24,764 bases of DNA from positions 1-24,764 of the forward strand of contig JAZURI010000006.1 of assembly GCA_045606105.1 (NCBI GenBank), given 5' to 3'. Each line of letters opens with the position of its first letter. Within the stretch, counting starts at the first letter, position 1. The notes beneath the pieces were generated by a model. It made no database searches and was not told the origin of the DNA. It was given only the letters and a program-made list of their open reading frames with translations. This DNA is from Spirochaetia bacterium (lineage in GTDB: Bacteria; Spirochaetota; Spirochaetia; CADAEX01). The position numbers were made by a program, and so were the translations under genes. This document shows positions 1-8,868 of the stretch, piece after piece.

Positions 1-86
<86 letters not shown>

Positions 87-121
87 TTTTTTATTTTTCT
101 TTCTTCTTCCTTTCCTGAAAA

Positions 122-730
122 TTATTTTCTGATAAGTTCTATTTTTCCGGCTGAAATGTTCTTGATTTCTTTTTCCAGGGCTTCATATGCAGCTGCGGCA
201 ATAACCCCTTCTATTCTTATCTTTTCTGAAAAATCTTCTTTTTCAATTCTTACATTTCTGTTCTTGAGGATATATCTTATCTGATCGTAAAAATCGTAGG
301 ATATGTCAAAATAAAAACTGTTTTCTTCTATTAATTCTTTTATAGGCAGGGCACCTATGGCATCCTTTGCGCTTTGGGTATAGGCCTTGACCAGTCCGCC
401 TGTTCCCAGGAGCGTACCACCGAAGTACCGCACCACTGTACAGAGTACATTGGTTACCCCGCTGCCGTTCAGAACCTGAAGAACCGGTCTTCCTGCAGTT
501 CCTTTCGGTTCTCCGTCATCGCTCATTCCTTCAGTTCTGCTGTTTTTCTTTCCTGTTATGAAGGCATAGACAACATGTCTGGCACCGGGATGCTCCTCCC
601 ACAGCTGTCTTACTATTTCCTTTACTTCCTTTTCGTTGGAGACAGGAAAGCACTGCCCGATGAATCTTGAGTGTTTTTCGGTAAATTCTGTTCTGCTTGT
701 GCCGTCGGGAACAAGAAGAGGTTCATCCAT
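122..730 (-). CDS. yigZ: YigZ/IMPACT family protein
   Basis: Motifs EKHSRFIG, ARHVVYAF, SDDGEPKGTAGRP, VVRYFGGTLLGTGGLVKAY; start overlaps the upstream stop (TAATG). Confidence 0.93.
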   Translation of the reverse strand: MDEPLLVPDGTSRTEFTEKHSRFIGQCFPVSNEKEVKEIVRQLWEEHPGARHVVYAFITGKKNSRTEGMSDDGEPKGTAGRPVLQVLNGSGVTNVLCTVVRYFGGTLLGTGGLVKAYTQSAKDAIGALPIKELIEENSFYFDISYDFYDQIRYILKNRNVRIEKEDFSEKIRIEGVIAAAAYEALEKEIKNISAGKIELIRK

Positions 731-1386
731 TATTTCTCTTCCAGCTCTTCAAACATGGCATCAACGGTGGTTACGATATATTCCTTGAAATGGCCGTATA
801 CAAGCTTCTGGAAAAAGCGGTCCACACATGGTTCGCATACAATGTAATAGTCACTGTGGTTACGGTCCTTGATCTGTTTCTTGATATAGTCCAGGAGCTG
901 TTCCTTGTTCATGGAGGCAAATTCAGCTTTTTTCAGCATCTGGGAGTTTTCGTACAGGCATTCGGTATATTTTTTGCTTTCAAAAACCTCATCGATGGTC
1001 AGATCCAGGCTCTCCTCCTCCTGCATGGCTACAGAGCAGATATCACAGTAGCCGGTGGTGATTTTTGCCTTCTCCCACTGAATGGAGGTATTATAGATTC
1101 TATCCAGATAGTTGTAGAGCATTATCAGCTTAGGAATGTCTCCCTCCTCCTGATCCCTGGCCCAGTCCAGAATGCTTTTTTCATCCTTGTAGACAGCAGC
1201 GGTTGAGGCTTTTGCATCAAGAAGAAGTCTTACGGCATCAATGCTGCCTGCACTTACGGCTCTTCCCAGGGCGGTCATGTTGTTCTCATCAAGAATATCT
1301 ATGTTCTTGAATGTATCAATCCCTTCCTGAAGCTTATTGATATCGCCGCAGTCTGCAGCCTTGAAAAAATCTGTGGTTGAAATCAT
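730..1386 (-). CDS. Ankyrin-repeat protein with C-terminal CxxC...CxxC region
   Basis: ANK-like segments FFKAADCGDINKL, DENNMTALGRAVSAGSIDAVRLLLDAKA and KSILDWA; CDIC and CEPC motifs; SD-like GGAG upstream. Confidence 0.72.
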   Translation of the reverse strand: MISTTDFFKAADCGDINKLQEGIDTFKNIDILDENNMTALGRAVSAGSIDAVRLLLDAKASTAAVYKDEKSILDWARDQEEGDIPKLIMLYNYLDRIYNTSIQWEKAKITTGYCDICSVAMQEEESLDLTIDEVFESKKYTECLYENSQMLKKAEFASMNKEQLLDYIKKQIKDRNHSDYYIVCEPCVDRFFQKLVYGHFKEYIVTTVDAMFEELEEK

Positions 1387-1397
1387 TTTATGCTCCG

Positions 1398-1835
1398 TTA
1401 AAGTCTTTCGGTGAGTTTATAGTGTGTTTTCTGGAAACCCAGGTCCATGAAGAATCCGATTGCCCGTTCTCGGACAATATTACAGGATATCTGGAAAAAC
1501 TTGCACTTGTTTTCCAGGGCAATATCCTTGGCATGCCAGTAGAGCTTTTCTCCGATTCCCGAGCTCCTGTATTCCCTCAGGACATACATCTCCACTATCA
1601 CCGCTACTTTGGCGGAATGGTGAAGGGCGTTCTGGATCTGCATGCCGGCAAAAGCCACCGGTTTTCCATCTTTTTCGGCAAGAAGATAATATGAGTTTTC
1701 ATTTTCGAGTTCTTCCCGAAAAATCTTTTCGAATTCTTCCCTTTGGGGATTTATTCCCTCAAGTTTGCAGATAAACTGAAATATAAAATCCGTATCTGCC
1801 AATTCGGCATTTCTTATTATAATATCTTCCGACAT
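1398..1835 (-). CDS. GNAT family N-acetyltransferase (PhnO-like)
   Basis: IIIRNAELAD start, motif A VEMYVLREYRSSGIGEKL, C-terminal RERAIGFFMDLGFQKTH. Confidence 0.88.
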   Translation of the reverse strand: MSEDIIIRNAELADTDFIFQFICKLEGINPQREEFEKIFREELENENSYYLLAEKDGKPVAFAGMQIQNALHHSAKVAVIVEMYVLREYRSSGIGEKLYWHAKDIALENKCKFFQISCNIVRERAIGFFMDLGFQKTHYKLTERL

Positions 1836-1841
1836 ACTTAT

Positions 1842-1870
1842 ATTTTAATATATCTTTTGAAGCAAGTAAA
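1842..1870 (-). promoter_or_regulatory. Putative sigma70 promoter, leaderless GNAT transcript
   Basis: TTTACT-17-TAAAAT, 6 nt, then ATG; no SD. Confidence 0.5.
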
Positions 1871-1919
1871 CACTTTTGAATAAATTTAATTTTAGTTATG
1901 GACATTAATTGCATAAAAA

Positions 1920-1928
1920 TGATATAAT
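1920..1928 (+). promoter_or_regulatory. Putative extended -10 promoter for the PiT gene
   Basis: TGaTATAAT about 80 nt upstream of the ATG; SD GGAGG before the start. Confidence 0.5.
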
Positions 1929-2008
1929 CCCTCTTTATGAGAGTAAGAGAAAAAATTTTGTCTAAGTCATGGATTACCATGCCGGAGACTGAAGGAGGTA
2001 TTTAATAA

Positions 2009-2962
2009 ATGAGTATTATCTTTCTTCTCAGCGGTCTTTACATGGGCTGGTCCTTGGGAGCAAATGACCCATCCCATATTTTCGGTACAGCCGTAGTAAC
2101 AAACATGATCAAGTACAGGACAGTAATCATCCTGCTCTGTATCTTCCTTTGTCTCGGTGCTGCACTTCAGGGGGCAGAAGGGCTCTCCACTTTGAAAAGC
2201 ATCGCATCCCAGACTGAAATGTCAGCTTTCGTAGCAGCATTTATTGCAGCTTCCACTGTTCTTCTGATGGTCAAGTTCAATCTGCCGGCTTCCACTTCAC
2301 AGGCTATGCTTGGTGCCATTATCGGTATCGGTTTTGTAAACTGTAACGCAAACCTTTCAAGAGTGCCTGCAATCATGGCTTCATGGGTTCTCACACCTGC
2401 GGGATGTGCGGTTATCTCCATGATTCTTTATCCTATTTTCTCAGCAATTCTTAAGAAGGCAAAGCTTTCTGATAAAAAATACGACAGAATCCTCAAGGCT
2501 GTAGTAATCATCTCCGGATGTTACGGTTCCTACTCACTGGGTGCAAACAACCTGGCAAACGTTACCGGTGTATATTACGGAACACTTCTTACACTGAATC
2601 AGGCTATCTGGATCGGTGCAATCAGTATCTGTCTCGGTGTAATCACCTACAGTAAGGTTGTTACAGATAAGGTAATGAAGACAGTAGGAAAGGAGCTTGT
2701 TCAGCTTACTCCTTACGGAGCTACAATCGCGGTTATCGCCATGGCTGTAGTAATGCAGATTTATGCAGTTATCGGTATTCCGGTTTCTTCAGCTCAGGCT
2801 CTCGTAGGTGGTTCCCTGGGTATCGGTCTCATCAAGAGAGAAAAGATCGGTATCAGACCTCTTATCAACATCTTCATCGGATGGATTACAACACCGCTTA
2901 TCAGCTGTGTACTCTGTTACGGAATCTACTTCGTAATCAAAAACTGGATCGGTTATCCATGA
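2009..2962 (+). CDS. PiT (PHO4) family inorganic phosphate/anion transporter
   Basis: Duplicated signature GWSLGAND...FGTAV and SLGANNLAN; LPASTSQA and IPVSSAQA repeats; hydrophobic multi-TM protein. Confidence 0.9.
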   Translation: MSIIFLLSGLYMGWSLGANDPSHIFGTAVVTNMIKYRTVIILLCIFLCLGAALQGAEGLSTLKSIASQTEMSAFVAAFIAASTVLLMVKFNLPASTSQAMLGAIIGIGFVNCNANLSRVPAIMASWVLTPAGCAVISMILYPIFSAILKKAKLSDKKYDRILKAVVIISGCYGSYSLGANNLANVTGVYYGTLLTLNQAIWIGAISICLGVITYSKVVTDKVMKTVGKELVQLTPYGATIAVIAMAVVMQIYAVIGIPVSSAQALVGGSLGIGLIKREKIGIRPLINIFIGWITTPLISCVLCYGIYFVIKNWIGYP

Positions 2963-2969
2963 TAAAACG

Positions 2970-2998
2970 CCGGGTCTTCTTCAGACCCGGTTTTTTTT
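2970..2998 (+). terminator. Intrinsic terminator
   Basis: CCGGGTCT-tcttc-AGACCCGG followed by T8. Confidence 0.9.
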
Positions 2999-3012
2999 AC
3001 TCAACAAAATAC

Positions 3013-3039
3013 TAAACAAGACACAATTTTTTCCGATAA
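3013..3039 (+). promoter_or_regulatory. Putative sigma28 (FliA/SigD) promoter
   Basis: TAAA-N15-TCCGATAA versus consensus TAAA-N15-GCCGATAA; ends 7 nt before the ATG at 3047. Confidence 0.62.
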
Positions 3040-3046
3040 AAAATAT

Positions 3047-3841
3047 ATGGGAAAGCCTGCTGTAAAAAAGACATCAAAAAGTAAAAAATCAACTAAACGC
3101 AAAAAAAAGAAATCCGGCCTGGGGTTTTCCTTCTGGTTTGCTCTGCTGTTTTTCATAGTGCTGGTTTTTGCGGTAGGACACAAGCCTATCAGGAATGCGG
3201 TTGCGGAAACAGACTTTTACAAGAAATTCTTTACCGAAAACAGTGCCTCCGAGGCAGTAGTTGAAAAGGTGGAAAAGAAGAAGGGAAAAGCTGAAGAAAA
3301 AAGCGCTCCCGTTGTTAAGGCTGAAAAGGAAACCGTAATTGACCTGAGAAACGAAGCTGAATCGGCAGATACCAGGGTTGTGGAAAAAACAGACAGGACT
3401 GACAGTCAGACAGCAAAAAGCGTCCGTGATTCTGCCCTTTATTATGTCCGTATTACCGATGAAGGCAATATAGCCCTTACCAAGACCGTAAGAAAGGTCT
3501 ATTACTCAGGATCCCCTCTCAATGCATCAATAAATGCCCTTCTGGAAGGTCTCTCCTCCAGTGAGCTTAACAAGGGGCTTATTTCACTTATTCCGGAGAA
3601 GACCAGGCTTCTGGGTATTTCTGTGGAGAGCGGAGTGGCCAGTATCAACTTTTCCGAGGAATTCATGTTCAATACCTTCGGCAAGGAGGGTACCATTGCC
3701 CAGCTTATGCAGATTGTCTATACCGCTGTGGAATTCCCTACTGTAAGAGAGGTGCAGTTCCTTGTAAACAATCATAAGGTAAATTATCTCAGCGAGGGAG
3801 TATATACCGGCGAGCCTATCGGAATAGATTACTTTAATTAA
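3047..3841 (+). CDS. GerMN-domain membrane-anchored protein
   Basis: Basic N-terminus, one TM helix, charged linker, then ALLEG...ISLIPEKTRLLGISVESGVASINFSEEF...QIVYTAVEFPTVREVQFLVN. Confidence 0.88.
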   Translation: MGKPAVKKTSKSKKSTKRKKKKSGLGFSFWFALLFFIVLVFAVGHKPIRNAVAETDFYKKFFTENSASEAVVEKVEKKKGKAEEKSAPVVKAEKETVIDLRNEAESADTRVVEKTDRTDSQTAKSVRDSALYYVRITDEGNIALTKTVRKVYYSGSPLNASINALLEGLSSSELNKGLISLIPEKTRLLGISVESGVASINFSEEFMFNTFGKEGTIAQLMQIVYTAVEFPTVREVQFLVNNHKVNYLSEGVYTGEPIGIDYFN

Positions 3842-3844
3842 TTC

Positions 3845-3873
3845 TTGCCGATTTCATATTTATCGTTTATATT
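3845..3873 (+). promoter_or_regulatory. Putative sigma70 promoter
   Basis: TTGCCG-17-TATATT; SD GAGGTG at 3882-3887. Confidence 0.5.
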
Positions 3874-3891
3874 AAAAAAAAGAGGTGAAAT

Positions 3892-6273
3892 ATGAAAGTT
3901 GTTATTATCGGAGGCGGTGCAGCCGGCGCCAGTTGTGCGGCAAGACTCAGAAGACTTGATGAAAAAGCTCAGATTACAATTATCGAAAAAACATCCGAGG
4001 TTTCCATTGCTAACTGCGGACTTCCTTATTATATATCAGGAGTAATCAACGAACGGGAAAAAATCCTGGTTTCAGATCCTCAGAAATTCAGATCTTGGTT
4101 TAATATCGAGGTTGAACTCAATACAGAAATTGCAGAAATAAACAGGGACGAAAAATTTGTCCTTACAACAGACAACAGAAAATTTGAATATGATTATCTG
4201 GTACTGGCTACCGGTGCCGCTCCTATTGTTCCTCCGTTTGAGGGACTGGACAGAAGCAGAACCTTTGTAGTCAGATCTCTTGACGATGCAGACCGTATCA
4301 AGGGCTTCATAAAAGATAACAATGCAAAAAATGCCGTTATCGTAGGTGGCGGCTTCATAGGTATCGAGGTAGCGGAAAATCTGGTGGAGCTTGGAATAAA
4401 TACCACACTGGTGGAGCTTAACAACCAGATTCTTGCCCAGGTTGACCCGGAAATTGCCCTTATTGCATACAATCATGCGGTGGAAAAGGGGATAAACTTC
4501 ATTCTTTCCGACGGAGTGAAGAACTTCAGGGAAGGAAAGGTGGTACTGAACTCCGGCAATGAGCTGGACTACGATATCTGTATCCTTTCTATCGGGGTAA
4601 AGCCGGAAACTGCCCTTGCCGTAAAGGCTGGACTCGATATCAACAGAGGCATAGTGGTGGATGATCATCTCCGTACCTCTGACAGCAGCATCTATGCAGC
4701 CGGAGATAATATTGAAATCATCGATTTTGTAACAGGCCATACAGGGCTCATTCCTCTTGCCGGCCCTGCCAACAGACAGGGAAGAATAGTTGCCGACAAC
4801 GTTGCAGGGCTTGATTCTGTCTATAAGCAGACCCAGGGAAGCAGTGCGGTAAAGGTTTTTGATCTGACAGTATCGGGAACCGGAAACAATGAGAAGCAGC
4901 TTAAGCAGAAAGGTATTTCTTATCTTAAATCATATATCTATGCCAGATCCCATGCCGGATATTATCCTGATTCCGACATGATTCTTTTCAAGCTTCTTTT
5001 CGACAAGGAGGGAAATATCCTGGGTGCTGCCGCCGTAGGTGAAAGCGGTGTGGAGAAAAGGATTGATGTAATAGCCACCATCATCAGGAATCACGGTACA
5101 ATATACGACATGAGAGATGCGGAGCTTTGCTATGCACCTCCTTATTCATCAGCAAAGGATCCGGTAAACATTCTTGGAATGAATGCCGAAAACATTATCA
5201 TGGGACTCATGAAGCCGGCCTATATGGAGGATCTTGAGGATGCCTTCATCGTGGATGTCCGTCCTGAAATTGCCTTTAAGCTGGGAAGCATAAAGGGTGC
5301 GGTAAACATTCCTATTACAGAAATCAGAAGCAGAATGGGTGAAATCCCGAAAGACAAAAAGGTGGTTCTGACCTGCAGTACCGGTTATACAAGCTACTGT
5401 GCCCAAAGGATTCTTCTCCAGAACGGATTTGATAATGTTTACTCCTTCATGGGAGGCAACGATTTTTATCGGGAGCTTACAAGAAAGCCCCGCAGTCCAA
5501 AGGGAGGTAAGGCCGAAGAAAAGGCCGGTCCCATAGAAGATTCTGATGCCGTAACAATCGATGCCACCGGACTCCAGTGTCCCGGCCCTATCATGAAGGT
5601 AGCAAAAAACCTTGCATCAGCCGAAGACGGAACTGTTTTCCGCGTACTGGTTACAGACAAGGGATTTGCCGCTGATATCGGAGCCTGGTGCAAAAGTACC
5701 GGCAACACATTGCTGAAGCTTGACAGTGAGGGGAAAAAGATAGTTGCCCTGATAAAAAAGGGAACTGCTCCGGAGACAAAAGAGCTTGCTTCATCTGCTC
5801 CGGCAGCCCGTGGACAGACCATAGTGGTTTTTTCCGACGATCTTGATAAGGCCATTGCCGCGTTCATTATTGCAAACGGAGCCAGAGCCGCAGGTAAGGA
5901 TGTAACCATGTTCTTCACCTTCTGGGGACTCAATGTGCTGAAAAAAGGGGATGTATCTGTCAAAAAGGGTTTTGTGGAGACCATGTTTGACATAATGACT
6001 CCGAAAGGGGCCGGAAAGCTGACCCTTTCCAAGCTTAATATGGGCGGTATCGGAAGCAGCATGCTCCGGGGTGTGATGAAGAAGAAAAATATCCTGACCC
6101 TGAGTGAGCTTATCGGACAGGCCCGGGAAAACGGTATCAAATTCATTGCATGTACCATGTCCATGGATGTAATGGGAATCGTACCTGAAGAGCTTATAGA
6201 CGGCGTGGAGTTCGGCGGTGTTGCAAAGTATATCGGAGAGACAGAAAAGTCCGGCTCAAATCTTTTTATATGA
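3892..6273 (+). CDS. FAD/NAD(P)H-dependent CoA-disulfide/persulfide reductase fused to rhodanese, TusA/SirA and DsrE2-like domains
   Basis: GGGAAG FAD motif, SIANCGLPYY active-site Cys, GGGFIG NAD motif, YAPPYS; rhodanese VDVR...CSTG; TusA DATGLQCPGP; DsrE2 FFTFWGL and ACTMSMDVMG. Confidence 0.93.
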   Translation: MKVVIIGGGAAGASCAARLRRLDEKAQITIIEKTSEVSIANCGLPYYISGVINEREKILVSDPQKFRSWFNIEVELNTEIAEINRDEKFVLTTDNRKFEYDYLVLATGAAPIVPPFEGLDRSRTFVVRSLDDADRIKGFIKDNNAKNAVIVGGGFIGIEVAENLVELGINTTLVELNNQILAQVDPEIALIAYNHAVEKGINFILSDGVKNFREGKVVLNSGNELDYDICILSIGVKPETALAVKAGLDINRGIVVDDHLRTSDSSIYAAGDNIEIIDFVTGHTGLIPLAGPANRQGRIVADNVAGLDSVYKQTQGSSAVKVFDLTVSGTGNNEKQLKQKGISYLKSYIYARSHAGYYPDSDMILFKLLFDKEGNILGAAAVGESGVEKRIDVIATIIRNHGTIYDMRDAELCYAPPYSSAKDPVNILGMNAENIIMGLMKPAYMEDLEDAFIVDVRPEIAFKLGSIKGAVNIPITEIRSRMGEIPKDKKVVLTCSTGYTSYCAQRILLQNGFDNVYSFMGGNDFYRELTRKPRSPKGGKAEEKAGPIEDSDAVTIDATGLQCPGPIMKVAKNLASAEDGTVFRVLVTDKGFAADIGAWCKSTGNTLLKLDSEGKKIVALIKKGTAPETKELASSAPAARGQTIVVFSDDLDKAIAAFIIANGARAAGKDVTMFFTFWGLNVLKKGDVSVKKGFVETMFDIMTPKGAGKLTLSKLNMGGIGSSMLRGVMKKKNILTLSELIGQARENGIKFIACTMSMDVMGIVPEELIDGVEFGGVAKYIGETEKSGSNLFI

Positions 6274-6340
6274 TAATGACATGTTGACTTTCTTCCTTGA
6301 TTTGAGGCATTATAAAAACAGCATCTATTAAGGAAGAAAT

Positions 6341-6940
6341 ATGGGAATTGGACTTTTTGTTTTAGTAATCGGTATATTGACAGCATGCGGCCTTTCAGAC
6401 GCCATTCTCCGCTCCACATGGCAGAGGTTTTACTATACCCGCGGTTTTACTTTTTTTACCAAGGATTATGATTTTCCATATGCCTTCAATATAAAAAGAC
6501 TTGATATCCTGATGAAAAGGGAAAATGCAGACAAGAAATACAAGTCTGATATTGTATTCAACATCTTTGCAAAGAATGCCATTGCCTTTTACGACAAGCC
6601 GAGCCGTGCAGGCTTCGGTGTAAAGAAGCGTTCTTATTTTTCCGTTCTCCACGGTATCATGGTATATAAGGACGGCAAGCTTACAGTAGCCGGTGTATTT
6701 GACTATCTGGCTCTTCTCTTCATTCCTGTAATGATGATTGCCATAACAGCCTATTCCGTAAGAACCTTCAAGGAAGGGTACTGGATCAACGCCGTTATCC
6801 TTGCCGCACTTATGGTAATTTTCATCATCGGCTTTATCTATACCCTCAGAACCCAGAAAAAACGCTTTATCGAAATCGGCAACATCATGGTTCAGATAGG
6901 CCAGAAAGAAAAAGACAAGGATCTTAAAGACCTCGAATAG
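6341..6940 (+). CDS. Hypothetical membrane protein (about 3 TM helices)
   Basis: SD AAGGA, hydrophobic N-terminal and two C-terminal segments; 4 nt gap to the kinase gene. Confidence 0.75.
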   Translation: MGIGLFVLVIGILTACGLSDAILRSTWQRFYYTRGFTFFTKDYDFPYAFNIKRLDILMKRENADKKYKSDIVFNIFAKNAIAFYDKPSRAGFGVKKRSYFSVLHGIMVYKDGKLTVAGVFDYLALLFIPVMMIAITAYSVRTFKEGYWINAVILAALMVIFIIGFIYTLRTQKKRFIEIGNIMVQIGQKEKDKDLKDLE

Positions 6941-6944
6941 GAAC

Positions 6945-8213
6945 ATGAACCTTCGTCGTTTCTGCAAGGATAAGCAGTTATACATTCTTTTTGCACTGTT
7001 TTTTCTGGTATTCTTCGTATTCCTGCAGTTTATGTCCACCTCTTTTTTCGGTGTGATGAAGGATAAGATCGACTATCGGATTGAGCTCAACACTCTCTAT
7101 AACAAATGGCTCCTTACAAAGCATTCCGTTATCAATTACCTGACCTCGGACCGGAAGCAGGCCCTGGACCGGGTGGTTCTGACCAATGTCAGCTCCTTTG
7201 ACAAAAGCCTTTCATATCTGGATTCCGAGGACGAAATGGCATCGGACCTGGAAATTCTCATAAGCCAGTGGTCTGTAGTAAAAAACCGTATTTACGGAAT
7301 TGCCTCCTCCAACAACAGCTACAAGAATTTCGAGACCAATCTTTACTGGATATACAATGCCACCAACAGCTTCGATTCAAACCTGCAGCAGTGCATGTCC
7401 AAGGTCGATAACTTCTATCAGCAGAGGCTGGCAGACCTGTGGCGCATGTTCTACATAGTGGCGGCCCTGGTTTTCATATTTACCATTGTCGTGGTTTTTT
7501 CGGTAAACAAGATGCTGAAATCAGCCCGTTCCGAAAAGGAGTACAGGGTTCTGGTTTCCGAGCTAATAAAGAACAGGGAAAACTGGAAGCATAACATGGC
7601 ACTGGAAATCCACGATACGGTAATCCAGAACATGTCATTTTCCAAGATGCTCTGTCTGGACCTTATCAACTCTCCCAACGACGAACACCGGGAGGAAAAG
7701 CAGCAGGCCCTTACCAACAGGATTATCCATGCCTTGGAGCAGATACGGGATATTTCCTATGAAATCAGACCTCCTGAGCTGGCCCGGGAGCTGAAGCAGA
7801 TAATCATGCTCTATGTGGAGAACTGGAAGGAGAAGTTCGGTAAGGAGTGCGAATACCATTTTGCCGGGCTGGAAAGAATCCGGGTTACCGATGCCTTCAA
7901 GCTGAACCTTTACAGGATTATCCAGGAGCTGCTGACCAACATAGGCAAGCATTCGGATGCAACCTTTGTCAGGCTGAACATAATAGTTTCTTACCCATAT
8001 ATTCTGGTAAAGCTGGCCGACAACAGCAGCGGTTACAATGTGGAGAGTGCCATGAGCAAGTCGGACGGAAAATCCCATTCGGGTCTGAGGGGCGTTACCG
8101 AAAGGGTAAAGATATCCCAGGGCGAAATAAAAATAAAATCTGAAACCCAAAAGGGAGTTACCATCATCATGGAATTTCCGATAGAAGGAAACACGGAAGC
8201 AAATGGAGAATAG
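6945..8213 (+). CDS. Sensor histidine kinase, HisKA_3 (NarX/UhpB/DegS-like)
   Basis: Two TM helices flanking a helical extracytoplasmic domain; H-box LEIHDTVIQ, YEIRPPEL, N-box RIIQELLTNIGKHS, G2 SGLRGV.ERV. Confidence 0.9.
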   Translation: MNLRRFCKDKQLYILFALFFLVFFVFLQFMSTSFFGVMKDKIDYRIELNTLYNKWLLTKHSVINYLTSDRKQALDRVVLTNVSSFDKSLSYLDSEDEMASDLEILISQWSVVKNRIYGIASSNNSYKNFETNLYWIYNATNSFDSNLQQCMSKVDNFYQQRLADLWRMFYIVAALVFIFTIVVVFSVNKMLKSARSEKEYRVLVSELIKNRENWKHNMALEIHDTVIQNMSFSKMLCLDLINSPNDEHREEKQQALTNRIIHALEQIRDISYEIRPPELARELKQIIMLYVENWKEKFGKECEYHFAGLERIRVTDAFKLNLYRIIQELLTNIGKHSDATFVRLNIIVSYPYILVKLADNSSGYNVESAMSKSDGKSHSGLRGVTERVKISQGEIKIKSETQKGVTIIMEFPIEGNTEANGE

Positions 8214-8868
8214 GATAAAAGTCTTCATAATCGAGGACCATACTTTTACAAGAGAAGGAATAAAGGCGATAGTCAGCAGGGATTCCCGCATCGAGGTGGT
8301 GGGTGAAAGTGACAATGTGGACGACGGCTACAACGAGGTAAGCAGGATAAGACCCGATATGGTGCTTCTTGATATTTCCCTTCACGGCAGTTCCGGTCTG
8401 GTGCTGGGAAAAAAGCTCAAGAATATTCTTCCGGAGCTGAAGATCATAATCATTACCGCCTTTTCAAAGATGGACTATGTGATGGATGCCCTTGAAAGCG
8501 GTCTGGACGGGTATATTCTCAAGGAATCTCCGCCGGACGATATGCCGGATATCATAGTCAGGGTTTTTAACGGCGAAATGTTTATCGACAACAATATCTC
8601 CAACAAGGTAATCAAGAGCCTTATAAGAAAGGACGATCCCGACCAGTCGGAGGAGGACAGCACCGTATACGGAACATTGTCCTTCAGGGAACAGCAGATT
8701 CTCAGGCTTCTGGTGGACGGACTGCCGGTAAAGGAGATAGCAGACCAGCTTTTTATAAGTGTCCGGACCGTGGAGAACCACAAGGCCAACATAATGCAGA
8801 AGCTCAAGTGCCGTAACACTGTGGAGCTTGTAAGATATGCCATCAGTATAGGATTGATAGATGTTTAG
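8203..8868 (+). CDS. NarL/LuxR family response regulator
   Basis: Receiver IIEDH...PDMVLLDISL...GYILK; HTH LSFREQQIL...ISVRTVENHKANIMQKL. Confidence 0.95.
   Translation: MENRIKVFIIEDHTFTREGIKAIVSRDSRIEVVGESDNVDDGYNEVSRIRPDMVLLDISLHGSSGLVLGKKLKNILPELKIIIITAFSKMDYVMDALESGLDGYILKESPPDDMPDIIVRVFNGEMFIDNNISNKVIKSLIRKDDPDQSEEDSTVYGTLSFREQQILRLLVDGLPVKEIADQLFISVRTVENHKANIMQKLKCRNTVELVRYAISIGLIDV

Noticed and set aside
3101-3108. A8 run early in the GerMN gene as a phase-variation site
   Set aside because: Explained by consecutive Lys codons in a basic N-terminus; the frame is intact
5466-6419. 317-aa minus-strand ORF
   Set aside because: Antisense shadow of the oxidoreductase; no SD or domain signal
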